DNA of 64,000 bases from an uncultured Pseudomonadota bacterium (GCA_963712965.1 CAVQJZ010000001.1:8966-72965); one strand, 5' to 3'; numbered from the stretch's first letter, positions 10,917 through 21,121 are shown. Notes: generated by a model not told the origin, from the letters alone. Numbers and translations: made by a program.

Positions 10917-11699
10917 TTATTTCTTAAAATGTTTATCTCGTAATCCCAACTGATGCATTTGCACTAAAAATACGGATGCATAAAAAGGGAAATAAAAAAT
11001 GGCAATAATTAATGCAATGATCGTAGCCGCTATGGGTGCAGCAGTAATGAACATACTGATTCGTTGCAATAACAACATGATCACTAGCAAGAACACCATT
11101 AAGCATGTGGTTTGCCACCAGCCATGTTTCACTAAATGGAAACTTCTTTTAAGTGCTGCGATAGGACCTAATTGCCCAACAACAATCAATGGCAAATAAA
11201 TCACAAAATTAATCAGCACATAAAAACAAATAAAGCCGGTAAATACAATTGCAGCGGTATCCAAATAATTGGCGTATTGCGGCCAATACACTCGCGCCAA
11301 CATAAAAGGAGCAATCACAACAGCAATCGCCAATAAAAATAATAATATCAATAAGAGTGTGGCTAAAAAAATTCGCCACAAATTACGCAGACCTGCACCT
11401 AATGCATTTAAAAATGTTAGTGGCTTATCTTGTAAACCTGTCGCATTAAGCTGCAGATAAATAGCGGCCTCAAAACCCAAACCAAAAATGGCCAGTAAAA
11501 TTAATATACCTGCCACCACAAACCGCATGGCAACATCAAGCCCAGGTTGAAATACAGTCGCTACATGCGAAGGGACCACCGTAATAATCGCACACAAAAC
11601 ACTCAACAAAAAAATTCGTTTAAACGATTGAACCCACACTCGACTACCCAATCCAATGACTTTAAAAAAACCAAACGGCTCTTGAGGTAAAGCTACCAT
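10917..11699 (-). CDS. Polytopic inner-membrane protein, YciC/UPF0259-like
   Basis: About 6 hydrophobic segments. The N-terminal FKRIFLLSVLCAIITVVPSHV resembles the E. coli YciC N-terminus as I remember it; not verified. Confidence 0.55.
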   Translation of the reverse strand: MVALPQEPFGFFKVIGLGSRVWVQSFKRIFLLSVLCAIITVVPSHVATVFQPGLDVAMRFVVAGILILLAIFGLGFEAAIYLQLNATGLQDKPLTFLNALGAGLRNLWRIFLATLLLILLFLLAIAVVIAPFMLARVYWPQYANYLDTAAIVFTGFICFYVLINFVIYLPLIVVGQLGPIAALKRSFHLVKHGWWQTTCLMVFLLVIMLLLQRISMFITAAPIAATIIALIIAIFYFPFYASVFLVQMHQLGLRDKHFKK

Positions 11700-11709
11700 A
11701 TTGCGCTCC

Positions 11710-12474
11710 TTACTTTTTCCTTAAAACCAACTGTGCACTGAAAACAATGATTAGTGTTAGGCCAAACATCACTGAACACAAGGCGTTAATCTCTGGCGTA
11801 ACGCCCAATCGTACCATAGAAAAAATCTGTAGCGGCAAAATTTGAAAGCTTGGGCCAGTGACAAAATAGCTGATAATCACGTCATCCAGGGAAAGCGTAA
11901 AACTTAGCAACCACCCCGCGATGATAGCCGGCCACAGCAAAGGCACAAAGATCTTGAAGAAGATTTGCCAATCAGCCGCGCCCAAATCACGCGCTGCCTC
12001 GAAAATATTCCTGTCAAAATCGCTCATGCGCGAAAAAATGGTGACCACCACAAACGGGATACAAAACGTGATATGCGAAAGCAATAAGGTCCAAAAACCC
12101 AACGGTACCTTAAATGCCGCAAATAAGATTAATAACGAAATACCCATCACAATATCGGGCGAAATAATCAAAATAAAAATAAGGCTATGCAATAAAGGCT
12201 TACCATAAAAACGATAACGATAAAGTGCAACTGCTGTTAGCACACCAATGATGGTTGCTGACGTTGCAGCGAGCACTCCAACGACTAATGAATGCAACGC
12301 GATAATTTGCAAATTGGTATCTGCAATTAATTCCTGATACCACTTTAAAGTAAACCCATGCCACACCATAGAATAGGTTGAATCATTAAATGAATACGCA
12401 ATTAAAATAAAAATAGGAAAATAAAAGAAAAAGTAAACTAAACTGGCATAAGCAAATTTATCAACGCGCTTCAT
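11710..12474 (-). CDS. potC: Spermidine/putrescine ABC transporter permease PotC
   Basis: Binding-protein-dependent permease with an EAA loop (FEAARDLGA), following potA-potB. Confidence 0.88.
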   Translation of the reverse strand: MKRVDKFAYASLVYFFFYFPIFILIAYSFNDSTYSMVWHGFTLKWYQELIADTNLQIIALHSLVVGVLAATSATIIGVLTAVALYRYRFYGKPLLHSLIFILIISPDIVMGISLLILFAAFKVPLGFWTLLLSHITFCIPFVVVTIFSRMSDFDRNIFEAARDLGAADWQIFFKIFVPLLWPAIIAGWLLSFTLSLDDVIISYFVTGPSFQILPLQIFSMVRLGVTPEINALCSVMFGLTLIIVFSAQLVLRKK

Positions 12475-13322
12475 AAAAATTGCCCCATGCCCATCGCTTT
12501 ACTATTTTTCGCCGTGCGAGAATAAATGAGCAACAGCAATACCATCAGCAATGTTAACGCAATACTAACAGTCGCGCCCATCGGCCAATCACGCGCTTCT
12601 AAAAATAGATTTTCAATTAAATTCCCGAGCAACATACTTTTTGCACCACCTAAAATATCAGGAATATAAAACATGCTCATCGCGGGCAAAAAAACTAACA
12701 TAAATCCTGCTAAAATACCTGGCCAGGTCAGCGGCAAAATAATTTGGCGGATAATACGTAACCGTGATGCACCTAAATCGCGCGCGGCATCCACCAAGCG
12801 ACTGTCTAATTTTTCAATATTGGCGTAAAGCGGCAAAATCATAAATGGTAATAAGGTATACACCAATCCAATCATTACCGCTGAGTTGGTATACAACAAT
12901 TGTAGCGGGCGATGAATTAAATCAAAATGAATCAATAAAGTATTGAGAATACCTTTGGCTTTTAATAATCCCATAATGGCATACGCGCGAATCAGTGAAC
13001 TAGTCCAAAAAGGAATAATGACCAACAATAATAAAAGGCTTTTATGTTTGGATTGGCTACGCGCCAAAATATAAGCAAATGGATAACCAATGATGAGACA
13101 AATAAGCGACGCTACACCCGCCATTAAAAACGAATGCCAGAAAATTTTAAGGTAAATAGTATTAAAAAGTTGCGCGTAATTATTCGTTGTTAATACCAAG
13201 CGAATTAATTCTTTATCACTGGGTTGCAAAATACTGGTGATAAACATCAAGATATCAGGAACAAGCGCAAATACGGCTAACCATACCCAAATTAATCCAA
13301 TTGAAAAGCGACGGAAACTCAT
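12471..13322 (-). CDS. potB: Spermidine/putrescine ABC transporter permease PotB
   Basis: EAA loop VDAARDLGASRL; 4-nt overlap with potC. Confidence 0.88.
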   Translation of the reverse strand: MSFRRFSIGLIWVWLAVFALVPDILMFITSILQPSDKELIRLVLTTNNYAQLFNTIYLKIFWHSFLMAGVASLICLIIGYPFAYILARSQSKHKSLLLLLVIIPFWTSSLIRAYAIMGLLKAKGILNTLLIHFDLIHRPLQLLYTNSAVMIGLVYTLLPFMILPLYANIEKLDSRLVDAARDLGASRLRIIRQIILPLTWPGILAGFMLVFLPAMSMFYIPDILGGAKSMLLGNLIENLFLEARDWPMGATVSIALTLLMVLLLLIYSRTAKNSKAMGMGQFL

Positions 13323-13331
13323 GCGTGATCC

Positions 13332-14423
13332 CTACTCTTCATCCGGCAAAATGACTTCCCAACCGGGAAACCATTGCACCCAAATAGATTCGCCGACTTG
13401 GAAATCTAATTTATCATCATCTTCATTGAAAAATTGTGTGGCGGCTAATCGTTTACCACTGGTTAAACGCAACATCAAATCAACCGTACAACCTTTGTAA
13501 ATTACTTGTTCGACCACGCCAGGAAACATGCCTTTAGTATCGGTGGCTTCTGCCAAACTCCACACCAGCAAATCTTCAGGGCGAATTAAAGCGCATAATT
13601 TTTGTTCGGCGCTATATTTACGACGATTTTTTAAGGTGAATTCTTGATTTTCAATCATCACTCTTAATTGATGCTCATTGGCCGATAATAATTCCAATTC
13701 AAAAATATTTACCTCGCCAATAAATTTCGCCACGCGAATATTTTCTGGCTCTTCATACACCGCACGCGGTGTGCCAATTTGTTCAATCACCCCTTCTTGC
13801 ATGACGACCACACGATCCGACATGGATAATGCTTCTTCTTGATCGTGTGTCACAAAAATAAATGTGATGCCTAATTGATTTTGTAATTGCTTTAATTCTA
13901 ACTGCATCATTTTGCGCAAACGATAATCGAGCGAGCTTAAAGGCTCATCAAGTAATAATACTAAAGGCTTATTAATTACCGCGCGCGCAATCGCCACACG
14001 TTGTTGCTGCCCACCACTTAATTGCTGTGGTTTACGTTGCGCCAAATGCGCAAGCTTTACCATTTGCAGTGCTTCCATTACTCGATGATCCACTTCATCT
14101 TTGGGTAAACGTTTGCAACGCAAACCAAAGGCAACGTTATCAATTACTGTCATGTGTGGGAAAAGCGCGTAACTTTGAAACACGGTATTCACATGACGAT
14201 CTTGCGGAGGCAAATCTGTCACATCACGACTGTTGATAAAAATTTTACCGCTGGAGGGTTCTTCAAAACCGGAAAGCAAACGCAACATGGTTGTTTTACC
14301 ACAACCGGAAGGGCCTAATAATGTGAGAAATTCGCCGTTTTTCACATCTAAGTGAATATCGTGCAACACCAAATGATCGTGAAAATATTTCGATACGCCA
14401 CGGAATTCGATGACATTATGCAT
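13332..14423 (-). CDS. potA: Spermidine/putrescine ABC transporter ATPase PotA
   Basis: Walker A GPSGCGKTT, signature LSGGQQQRV, Walker B LLLDEP, and a C-terminal TOBE-like regulatory domain. Confidence 0.92.
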   Translation of the reverse strand: MHNVIEFRGVSKYFHDHLVLHDIHLDVKNGEFLTLLGPSGCGKTTMLRLLSGFEEPSSGKIFINSRDVTDLPPQDRHVNTVFQSYALFPHMTVIDNVAFGLRCKRLPKDEVDHRVMEALQMVKLAHLAQRKPQQLSGGQQQRVAIARAVINKPLVLLLDEPLSSLDYRLRKMMQLELKQLQNQLGITFIFVTHDQEEALSMSDRVVVMQEGVIEQIGTPRAVYEEPENIRVAKFIGEVNIFELELLSANEHQLRVMIENQEFTLKNRRKYSAEQKLCALIRPEDLLVWSLAEATDTKGMFPGVVEQVIYKGCTVDLMLRLTSGKRLAATQFFNEDDDKLDFQVGESIWVQWFPGWEVILPDEE

Positions 14424-14495
14424 GCTGATATTTACCCCCCACAGAATCGCGGAGAATGGGACAAGCTGCTAGTGATGTCAAGCGTTTGGCCATAG

Positions 14496-14528
14496 CGGAT
14501 AATCAGCAACAGTGTTGTTGATTATCCG
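14496..14528. repeat. 33-bp near-perfect palindrome in the potA / AAA-ATPase divergent intergenic region
   Basis: CGGATAATCAGCAACA-G-TGTTGTTGATTATCCG; the arms match at 15 of 16 positions. Confidence 0.6.
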
Positions 14529-14553
14529 GATAAACAGCGGTAGCATTGTTGAT

Positions 14554-15711
14554 ATGAAACCCTTTATCCGCCAAGTGAATCTGCTCAAGCTCTTGCAAAA
14601 GAAATCCTTTTTTTTGCTTGGGCCTCGTGCTACCGGAAAAAGCTTTCTGATTCGCGAACAATTAGGCCAATCAGCCATTACGTTCAATCTATTAAACTCT
14701 GAACTTTACCTACGCCTGTCGTCGCACCCTTCTGATTTAGAACTCATGATAGATGCACACATGCACAAACAAGAACATAAAATTGTAGCCATCGATGAAA
14801 TTCAAAAGCTACCGCATTTACTTGATGAAGTGCATCGTTTAATTGAAAGTAAAAAAATACGCTTTTTACTCACTGGTAGCAGCGCACGTAAATTAAAATA
14901 TGGCCACGCCAATCTGCTTGCGGGGCGCGCCTGGATAGCTCATTTGTTCCCTTTGAGCTGGAGTGAAATTCCTACCTTTCAGCTAGATCATTATCTCCGC
15001 TACGGTGGATTACCCGCTGTTTATACAAGCGAAGAGCCCGAAGAAGAACTCCGGGCTTATGCGAAAACATATCTTTATGAAGAAATTCAAGCAGAAGGCT
15101 TGGTAAGAAAACTGCCGCAGTTTTCACGTTTTTTAACAACCGCTGCATTAGCCAATGGACAATTATTGAATTTTGCACAAATCGCTAGCGATTGCGAAGT
15201 GCCGGCGTCCACTATTCGCGAATATTATTCTATTTTGGAAGATACGTTACTTGGCTTTATGTTGCCGCCCTGGACAAAATCGAAAAAACGCAAAGCCTTG
15301 AGCACCGCTAAATTTTATTTATTTGATACAGGTATCACACATACTCTCGCCAATACAAAAGTCTTAGAACGCAATTCTGATTTATATGGCCGAAGCTTTG
15401 AACATTGGATAGCTATGGAATTAAGAAGTTATTTAAGTTATCGACGCCTCGATGAAGAAATGTTTTTTTGGCGAAGCAAACATCAACATGAAGTCGACTT
15501 CATTATTGGTAGTCACACAGCCATTGAAACAAAAACAACCCGCCGAGTAACGACACAAGATCTTAGAGGATTACGTGCTTTGCAAGAAGAAAATATCTGC
15601 AAAAAACTTATCTTGGTTTCACAAGATACTAATGAAACGAAGCAAGGCAATTTATTTTGCATGCATTGGAAAACTTTTATAGAACAACTATGGGCAGACA
15701 AACTCTTCTAG
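14554..15711 (+). CDS. AAA+ superfamily ATPase (COG1373-type, AAA plus DUF4143-like C-terminal region)
   Basis: Walker A GPRATGKS, Walker B IVAIDEIQ, with the typical LLTGSSARKL and FYLFDTG segments. Start moved to ATG 14554, downstream of the palindrome. Confidence 0.75.
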   Translation: MKPFIRQVNLLKLLQKKSFFLLGPRATGKSFLIREQLGQSAITFNLLNSELYLRLSSHPSDLELMIDAHMHKQEHKIVAIDEIQKLPHLLDEVHRLIESKKIRFLLTGSSARKLKYGHANLLAGRAWIAHLFPLSWSEIPTFQLDHYLRYGGLPAVYTSEEPEEELRAYAKTYLYEEIQAEGLVRKLPQFSRFLTTAALANGQLLNFAQIASDCEVPASTIREYYSILEDTLLGFMLPPWTKSKKRKALSTAKFYLFDTGITHTLANTKVLERNSDLYGRSFEHWIAMELRSYLSYRRLDEEMFFWRSKHQHEVDFIIGSHTAIETKTTRRVTTQDLRGLRALQEENICKKLILVSQDTNETKQGNLFCMHWKTFIEQLWADKLF

Positions 15712-16277
15712 TTTTTTTCCACCATCCCATTATCAATCCACTCACACAACATGTGGCAAAGTAAATTATGCGCTTCTTGAATGCGCGCTGTAGTTTTTGA
15801 CGGGATAACAAAACAAGTATCGACTAAGGTTTTTAACTTGCCGCCATTGTGGCCTGCAAAACCAATGACATAAGCACCTTTTTCTCTTGCTACTTTTACT
15901 GCACGTAAAACATTTTCGCTATTACCTGAGGTTGATAATGCCATCACGATATCGCCTGCTTTACACAATCCTTCTAATTGGCGCGCAAAAATAATATTAA
16001 AATCATAATCATTCCCTAATGCAGTTAATACGGATGTATCTGTCGTTAACGCAATAGACGGAATCGCACGACGCTCATGTTTAAAGCGACCAATTAATTC
16101 GGCGGCCATATGTTGTGCATCGGCGGCACTGCCACCATTGCCTAACCAAAAAACGGTCGCACCTTGCTTGATACTATGCGTCATGTGTTGTGCCGTTTTT
16201 TCAATTTGCGGAATTAAATCAGACAATGTCGCAATCGTTTGTTGATGTTCATTTAAAATAGCGTTGATATCTAACAT
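15708..16277 (-). CDS. gmhA: D-sedoheptulose-7-phosphate isomerase (SIS domain)
   Basis: GNGGSAADAQHMAAEL, STSGNSENV and RIQEAH match the GmhA pattern better than DiaA. Confidence 0.8.
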   Translation of the reverse strand: MLDINAILNEHQQTIATLSDLIPQIEKTAQHMTHSIKQGATVFWLGNGGSAADAQHMAAELIGRFKHERRAIPSIALTTDTSVLTALGNDYDFNIIFARQLEGLCKAGDIVMALSTSGNSENVLRAVKVAREKGAYVIGFAGHNGGKLKTLVDTCFVIPSKTTARIQEAHNLLCHMLCEWIDNGMVEKN

Positions 16278-16279
16278 GA

Positions 16280-17602
16280 TTAATCTCCCGCGATCATCAT
16301 TTGTTCGATCAATACAGAACCTGTTTTTATATTACCGCGATGATCAACATCACTACCTACTGCTGCAATATGTTGAAACATCTCGCGCAAATTACCGGCG
16401 ATCGTAATTTCATGTACTGGATATTGAATCTCACCCTGCTCTACCCAAAACCCAGCCGCACCTCGCGAATAATCACCGGTCAAAATATTCACACCCTGAC
16501 CTAATAATTCGGTTACCAATAATCCGGTATGCATTTTTTTCACGACATCCTCAAGCTTTCCATCGGTTGGTTGCAATGATAAATTACGCACACCACCTGC
16601 ATTACCCGTCGTAACCATTTTTAATTTGCGCGCGGTGTAACTATCCAACACATAACTTTTTAACACACCATTTTCAACAAACGTACGTGGATTTGCCATC
16701 ACACCTTCAGCATCATACGGCACACTACCCCAACCTTTTAATTCATGCGGATTTTCGCTGATATTAATATTGTCGGGAAAAATCTTTTTGCCCAAATGAT
16801 CGACCAAAAATGACGCGCGATGATATAAACGCCCACCTTCAATCGCACCAATAAAACTGCCTAATAAACTGCGCGCCATATCCGCATGAAAAATCACTGG
16901 CGCTTGACGTGTCGATAAACGTTTCGCATTCAGCCTTTTTAAAACACGTGCAGCAGCTCCTTCACCCACTTGTTTTGCCGAAGACAATGCTTCTGGCATA
17001 CGCGATTGCGTGTAATCATAATCACGCTGCTTTTCATTTTTGCTTTCTGCAATCACACTGCAATTTAAAAAATGACGCGTAGAAAAATAATGCCCCATGA
17101 AATCAGCGCTATTGGCATAAAGATGAAAACTTTTATATGTGCTTAATCCTGCGCCTTCCGAATTAGTAATTTTTTTGTCGTAATGTCGTGCCACTTGTTC
17201 ACATTCTGTGGCTAATTCAATACCAGCGGCTACCTCAATATCCCATGGATGACATAAATCTAATTCAGGATAATGTTTTGCTAATAAATGCGCATCTGCC
17301 AAACCATGACAGGGATCAGCTTGTGTTGCACGCGCAATATCACACGCGGCAAGCACGGCATTGTGTAATGATTCTTGGCGGATATCCGTACAACTACTGC
17401 TACCTCGTTGCTTACCTATATATACCGTAATATCAATGCTTTTATCGCGCTGATATTCTAGTGTCTCAACTTCGCCTAAGCGAACACTTACCGCAAATCC
17501 ATCACTGCTATTCACGGTGACTTCAGCATCTGTTGCACCCTGTTTTTTTGCCAACGCTACTATATCGCGAGCAACTGTTTGCCAATGTGAAACATCTACC
17601 AT
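16280..17602 (-). CDS. pmbA: Metalloprotease PmbA (TldE)
   Basis: 440-aa PmbA/TldD family protein with a typical C-terminus ...GSVLIEQMMIAG. Confidence 0.9.
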   Translation of the reverse strand: MVDVSHWQTVARDIVALAKKQGATDAEVTVNSSDGFAVSVRLGEVETLEYQRDKSIDITVYIGKQRGSSSCTDIRQESLHNAVLAACDIARATQADPCHGLADAHLLAKHYPELDLCHPWDIEVAAGIELATECEQVARHYDKKITNSEGAGLSTYKSFHLYANSADFMGHYFSTRHFLNCSVIAESKNEKQRDYDYTQSRMPEALSSAKQVGEGAAARVLKRLNAKRLSTRQAPVIFHADMARSLLGSFIGAIEGGRLYHRASFLVDHLGKKIFPDNINISENPHELKGWGSVPYDAEGVMANPRTFVENGVLKSYVLDSYTARKLKMVTTGNAGGVRNLSLQPTDGKLEDVVKKMHTGLLVTELLGQGVNILTGDYSRGAAGFWVEQGEIQYPVHEITIAGNLREMFQHIAAVGSDVDHRGNIKTGSVLIEQMMIAGD

Positions 17603-17605
17603 TGA

Positions 17606-18796
17606 TTAATCCTTATGCAACTTTTCTTTAAACGCCATGGGTGTTGGATATTTTAATACCACCCAATAACACGAAATAACAAACGTAAACATGGTTGTCG
17701 CTTGAATTAAATAATTTACTTTCGCGCTAATTAACGCGGCATGAAATGCCATTGCTCCCAATAACAATGAAAATTCACTGGTTTGCCCTAAACGCACACC
17801 TGCTTCAGTAGCAATCATTTCACTTTCTTTGGATCGACGTAATAAAAAACGAAATAAACCCGGCTTTACCATCATTAACACAATACTTAAAATAAGTGCG
17901 GGCACTAATATTTCCGGCAAATAATTCAAATCAAAACTGGCGCCAATAGCAAAGAAAAACATCACCAAACAAAAATCTCGGATAGGTCGTAAATTATCCG
18001 TGATGTAATGTGCAATAGGCCCTTCGGCAATCGCAATACCTCCAATAAACGCACCAATTTCATGCGACAATCCAAATAGCACAGCTAATTTGGCCATGGC
18101 CAAGCACCAGGCAATCGCCACCAAAAAAACGTATTCTTGTACACGTCCAAATTTTGTGAGCAAAGGTCGCAACACACGGCGCTCGACAATAAAAGCAATT
18201 AAAAACAAGGCTGGCAACGTTAATATGACTTGACCGACATTCCACCAATAAGGCTCGGAACTACTCATGCCATTTAGCCACAACATGGCTACAATCGCGA
18301 TTAAATCCTGCATTAACAAAATACCAATCATCACCTCACCTATCCGCTGATGGTGCAATGTAGCCGAAGGCAATAATTTTAATCCAACAATCGTACTGGA
18401 AAACATCATGGACGCACCCAACACAATAGATTCAATCCACGTAAATCCCCATAAATATCCCATCACTACACCGATGACCATAAATACAATGGAGCTGACA
18501 AAAGCAATCCAACTGATTTTGCGAAACATGTGCAGCAAATCCAATGGATTTAATTCAACGCCCAACAAAAACAATAAGAAAATAATACCGACATCGCCGA
18601 CTTGGCTTGCTAATGTTGCATTGGGAATTAATTTAAGCCCCCACGGGCCTAATAAAACACCGAGCAATAAGTAGGCCACTAACAAGGATTGACGAGTGAA
18701 CAAAACCAACGTAGACAAAACGGCAGCGCCCGTAAACACTAAGAAAATATGCACTAAAATGATATTGCTTCCCATAAATTTTTTATGCATCCTCAC
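17606..18796 (-). CDS. Cation:proton antiporter (CPA2/Kef-like membrane domain, no KTN domain)
   Basis: About 12 TM segments with Na+/H+-exchanger-family sequence character. The start may be an internal Met (MGSNIIL). Confidence 0.75.
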   Translation of the reverse strand: MRMHKKFMGSNIILVHIFLVFTGAAVLSTLVLFTRQSLLVAYLLLGVLLGPWGLKLIPNATLASQVGDVGIIFLLFLLGVELNPLDLLHMFRKISWIAFVSSIVFMVIGVVMGYLWGFTWIESIVLGASMMFSSTIVGLKLLPSATLHHQRIGEVMIGILLMQDLIAIVAMLWLNGMSSSEPYWWNVGQVILTLPALFLIAFIVERRVLRPLLTKFGRVQEYVFLVAIAWCLAMAKLAVLFGLSHEIGAFIGGIAIAEGPIAHYITDNLRPIRDFCLVMFFFAIGASFDLNYLPEILVPALILSIVLMMVKPGLFRFLLRRSKESEMIATEAGVRLGQTSEFSLLLGAMAFHAALISAKVNYLIQATTMFTFVISCYWVVLKYPTPMAFKEKLHKD

Positions 18797-18839
18797 GTTA
18801 TCAAGGCCCGCATCTTATATTGGTTAAAAAGGAAAAGCT

Positions 18840-19250
18840 ATGCAGCACCAAACCCTTTCTTTTGTCACACGCAAACGCGGGTTGCTCAACATTACGCAGG
18901 ACATTAATGCTGCCATCCAAAAGGCCGCCATCACCCAAGGTTTGTGCCATTTGTTCATTCAACACACCAGCGCATCACTATTAATTAACGAAAATTCGGA
19001 TCCTGATGTATTGCATGATCTAGAAAATTTTATGCAAAAGCTGATACCTGACAATAATGCACTTTATACACACACCACTGAAGGCGTTGATGATATGCCA
19101 GCGCATATTCGCTGCGCTCTCACACAAACGCATTTAACCATTCCTATTCAACACGGAAAATTAGCGCTCGGCACCTGGCAGGCAGTTTATTTGTGGGAAC
19201 ATCGGATCGGAGAGAAAACACGTCACGTTGTAGTGACGTGTAATTCATAA
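18840..19250 (+). CDS. yjbQ: YjbQ/UPF0047 family protein (secondary thiamine-phosphate synthase-like)
   Basis: LFIQHTSASLLINENSDPDV...DDMPAHIR...GTWQAVYLWEHR. Confidence 0.85.
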   Translation: MQHQTLSFVTRKRGLLNITQDINAAIQKAAITQGLCHLFIQHTSASLLINENSDPDVLHDLENFMQKLIPDNNALYTHTTEGVDDMPAHIRCALTQTHLTIPIQHGKLALGTWQAVYLWEHRIGEKTRHVVVTCNS

Positions 19251-19256
19251 ATTTAT

Positions 19257-20414
19257 TTAACGAGATCTAAAACTAGCACGCCCAATACTATTCGCTGTTG
19301 AATGTTGCCTATTTATCTCTTCCCATTTCGAATCTTTTGAATCTGCTTTTGAATCCGACACAGGCGGCTGATTTTCCTCATCACCTTCGATGTGCCAGTT
19401 TCTTGCCCTTGCAAAATTTATCATCTGCGCATGAGCATTTGCATCTGGCATATTAATCACTACACATCTTTGATCTTGAGGAATTTTACTTGCATCAAAA
19501 CTTGCTTCCATTGCCTTCATCATCGTTTCCCAGTCTTTGGCGCTTCCACTCAATACTAATTTGCCACTGGCTTCTTCAAAAGAGTACTGCAATTTTTGCT
19601 CTGTTTTTTCGTGCTGCTCCTCAGAAGCTGATTTCGCTGTCTTTGCACTGAAGTGAAATTTTGTTTCTAAAATCGGCGCAATTACCTTTGGGTCGAAACG
19701 TCCATTACTCGCAACCACCTGCGCCGCTTCTTTTTTTGATTTTGGTTTTGGTTGTTCTAATTTTTCCCTCTCTAGTTCTTTTAACTTTCCTTTTTCAGCT
19801 TCCGCAGCAATTGCTTCGTTTCTCAATTTTTCGTCAGCTGCTTTCTTTTTTTCTACATCCTTTTCAGCGACTATTTTTCTAAAAACCGATTTAGCTGGTT
19901 TTTTATTTTCATCATGTTTGTGCTGCACTGCGAACTTACTCTCTTCGAGGATAATACGCTCACGCGCCTCACGATCAAGCCTGTTAGGATCATATGCTTT
20001 CTTTGCATCTTCTTCTTTGGCATCTGCATGAAATTTTAATTTCCTCTTTCTGCCATCTTCTGATACTGGTTTTTTATTCGAGCCTATATTCCTATCTTTT
20101 GTTGATGACCCTTTTTCCTTATTAAAATGTGTCTCTATTGGCGCAAGAAGCGAACTTACGCCAAGCAGCGCATCTTGCAAGGTTTCATTATGTGGAGATT
20201 CTTTGCATTTAACTTGAATGATTTTTTGTAAATCTCTTAATTTATTTAAATGCCCTTCAAACGCTTGAGTAATCTCTTCAGCGTCAGGCACAACAAAAAC
20301 ATCGCTCTCTTCACTATTTTGTGTCAGTGCCAAATCATGAATAAATGCTTCTACCGCTTGTGCATTTTCTAAATTAAGCGCTCTAAATTTTTTCCAACAT
20401 TGACTACGTGTCAT
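19257..20414 (-). CDS. Orphan Lys/Glu-rich protein (385 aa from ATG 20414). Candidate Dot/Icm substrate.
   Basis: Long ORF with GAGG-TTTTT-ATG. The central charged low-complexity/coiled-coil block is KKKAADEKLRNEAIAAEAEKGKLKELEREKLEQPKPKSKK. A PmrA-type box lies immediately upstream. The TTG start of the track ORF (20459) would lie upstream of the predicted -10. Confidence 0.65.
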   Translation of the reverse strand: MTRSQCWKKFRALNLENAQAVEAFIHDLALTQNSEESDVFVVPDAEEITQAFEGHLNKLRDLQKIIQVKCKESPHNETLQDALLGVSSLLAPIETHFNKEKGSSTKDRNIGSNKKPVSEDGRKRKLKFHADAKEEDAKKAYDPNRLDREARERIILEESKFAVQHKHDENKKPAKSVFRKIVAEKDVEKKKAADEKLRNEAIAAEAEKGKLKELEREKLEQPKPKSKKEAAQVVASNGRFDPKVIAPILETKFHFSAKTAKSASEEQHEKTEQKLQYSFEEASGKLVLSGSAKDWETMMKAMEASFDASKIPQDQRCVVINMPDANAHAQMINFARARNWHIEGDEENQPPVSDSKADSKDSKWEEINRQHSTANSIGRASFRSR

Positions 20415-20447
20415 AAAAACCTCAAAAATTAAGCATTTCTTGCCTTC

Positions 20448-20481
20448 AGTATAGGCCAATAAACCTTAAGGTTGGATTAAC
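20448..20481 (-). promoter_or_regulatory. PmrA-type promoter: GTTAATCCA-AC-CTTAAGGTT-N8-TATACT
   Basis: Read on the minus strand. It overlaps the last codons of rnhB and lies about 27 nt upstream of ATG 20414. The architecture is shared with sites at 24090, 58136 and 62569. Confidence 0.5.
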
Positions 20482-21053
20482 TCTTTGACAGGAGCGAAAG
20501 ATTTTCTATGGATGGGCGTAGGGCCAAAACGCTTCAAAAGCTCGCGGTGACGCTCAGTTCCATAACCTTTATGACGTTGAAATTCATACTCAGGATACTG
20601 CATAGCCCATACGTGAATCATTTCATGATCACGCGCCACTTTGGCAATAATAGACGCCGCGCTCACCGCCGGCACTAAACGATCACCACCAATCACAGGG
20701 ATAACTTGGCAAGGTAATTGCGGGGCAAATTTGCCATCGACAATTGCGCATTCTGGTTTTATTTTTAACGCATGGAATGCACGCTGCATGGCAAGAAAAC
20801 TCGCTTGCAAAATATTGATCGTATCAATTTCTTCCACTTCCGCGCGACCAATTGCCCAACTTAATGCACACTCTTTAATCTTCAATGTTAAATATTCACG
20901 TTTTTTTTCGCTCAATAATTTAGAATCATTTAATCCATCGATGGGTTTTGCAGGATCTAAAATAACAGCTGCTGCAATGACAGGACCCGCCAAAGGCCCA
21001 CGACCTACTTCGTCTAATCCTGCATGGAATGATGGAAAAACATTGAGTTTCAC
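20466..21053 (-). CDS. rnhB: Ribonuclease HII
   Basis: [14 protein letters not shown]...LNDSKLLS...IVDG...[16 protein letters not shown]. Likely a GTG start at 21053 with an AAGGA RBS. The upstream part of the track ORF is encoded by a palindromic stem-loop. Confidence 0.9.
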   Translation of the reverse strand: MKLNVFPSFHAGLDEVGRGPLAGPVIAAAVILDPAKPIDGLNDSKLLSEKKREYLTLKIKECALSWAIGRAEVEEIDTINILQASFLAMQRAFHALKIKPECAIVDGKFAPQLPCQVIPVIGGDRLVPAVSAASIIAKVARDHEMIHVWAMQYPEYEFQRHKGYGTERHRELLKRFGPTPIHRKSFAPVKELIQP

Positions 21054-21075
21054 GAGTACATCCTTGTAATGCCAG

Positions 21076-21096
21076 ACCCCGCAATAAATGCGGGGT
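21076..21096 (-). promoter_or_regulatory. GC-rich stem-loop between the lipoprotein gene and rnhB (possible attenuator or RNA end; no U-tract)
   Basis: ACCCCGCA-TTTAT-TGCGGGGT, an 8-bp stem. Confidence 0.3.
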
Positions 21097-21121
21097 GACA
21101 ATTTTATTGATTAACGATTAT

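Noticed and set aside
11710-14423. potABC lacking an adjacent potD, as a possible orphan importer.
   Set aside because: The binding-protein gene may simply be encoded elsewhere, and a YciC-like membrane protein follows instead. This is not testable within the window.
14554-15711. The solitary AAA+/DUF4143-like ATPase as part of an anti-phage defence system.
   Set aside because: No partner nuclease, effector, methylase or other defence gene is adjacent. Its neighbours are potA and gmhA. This family is widespread as a stand-alone gene.
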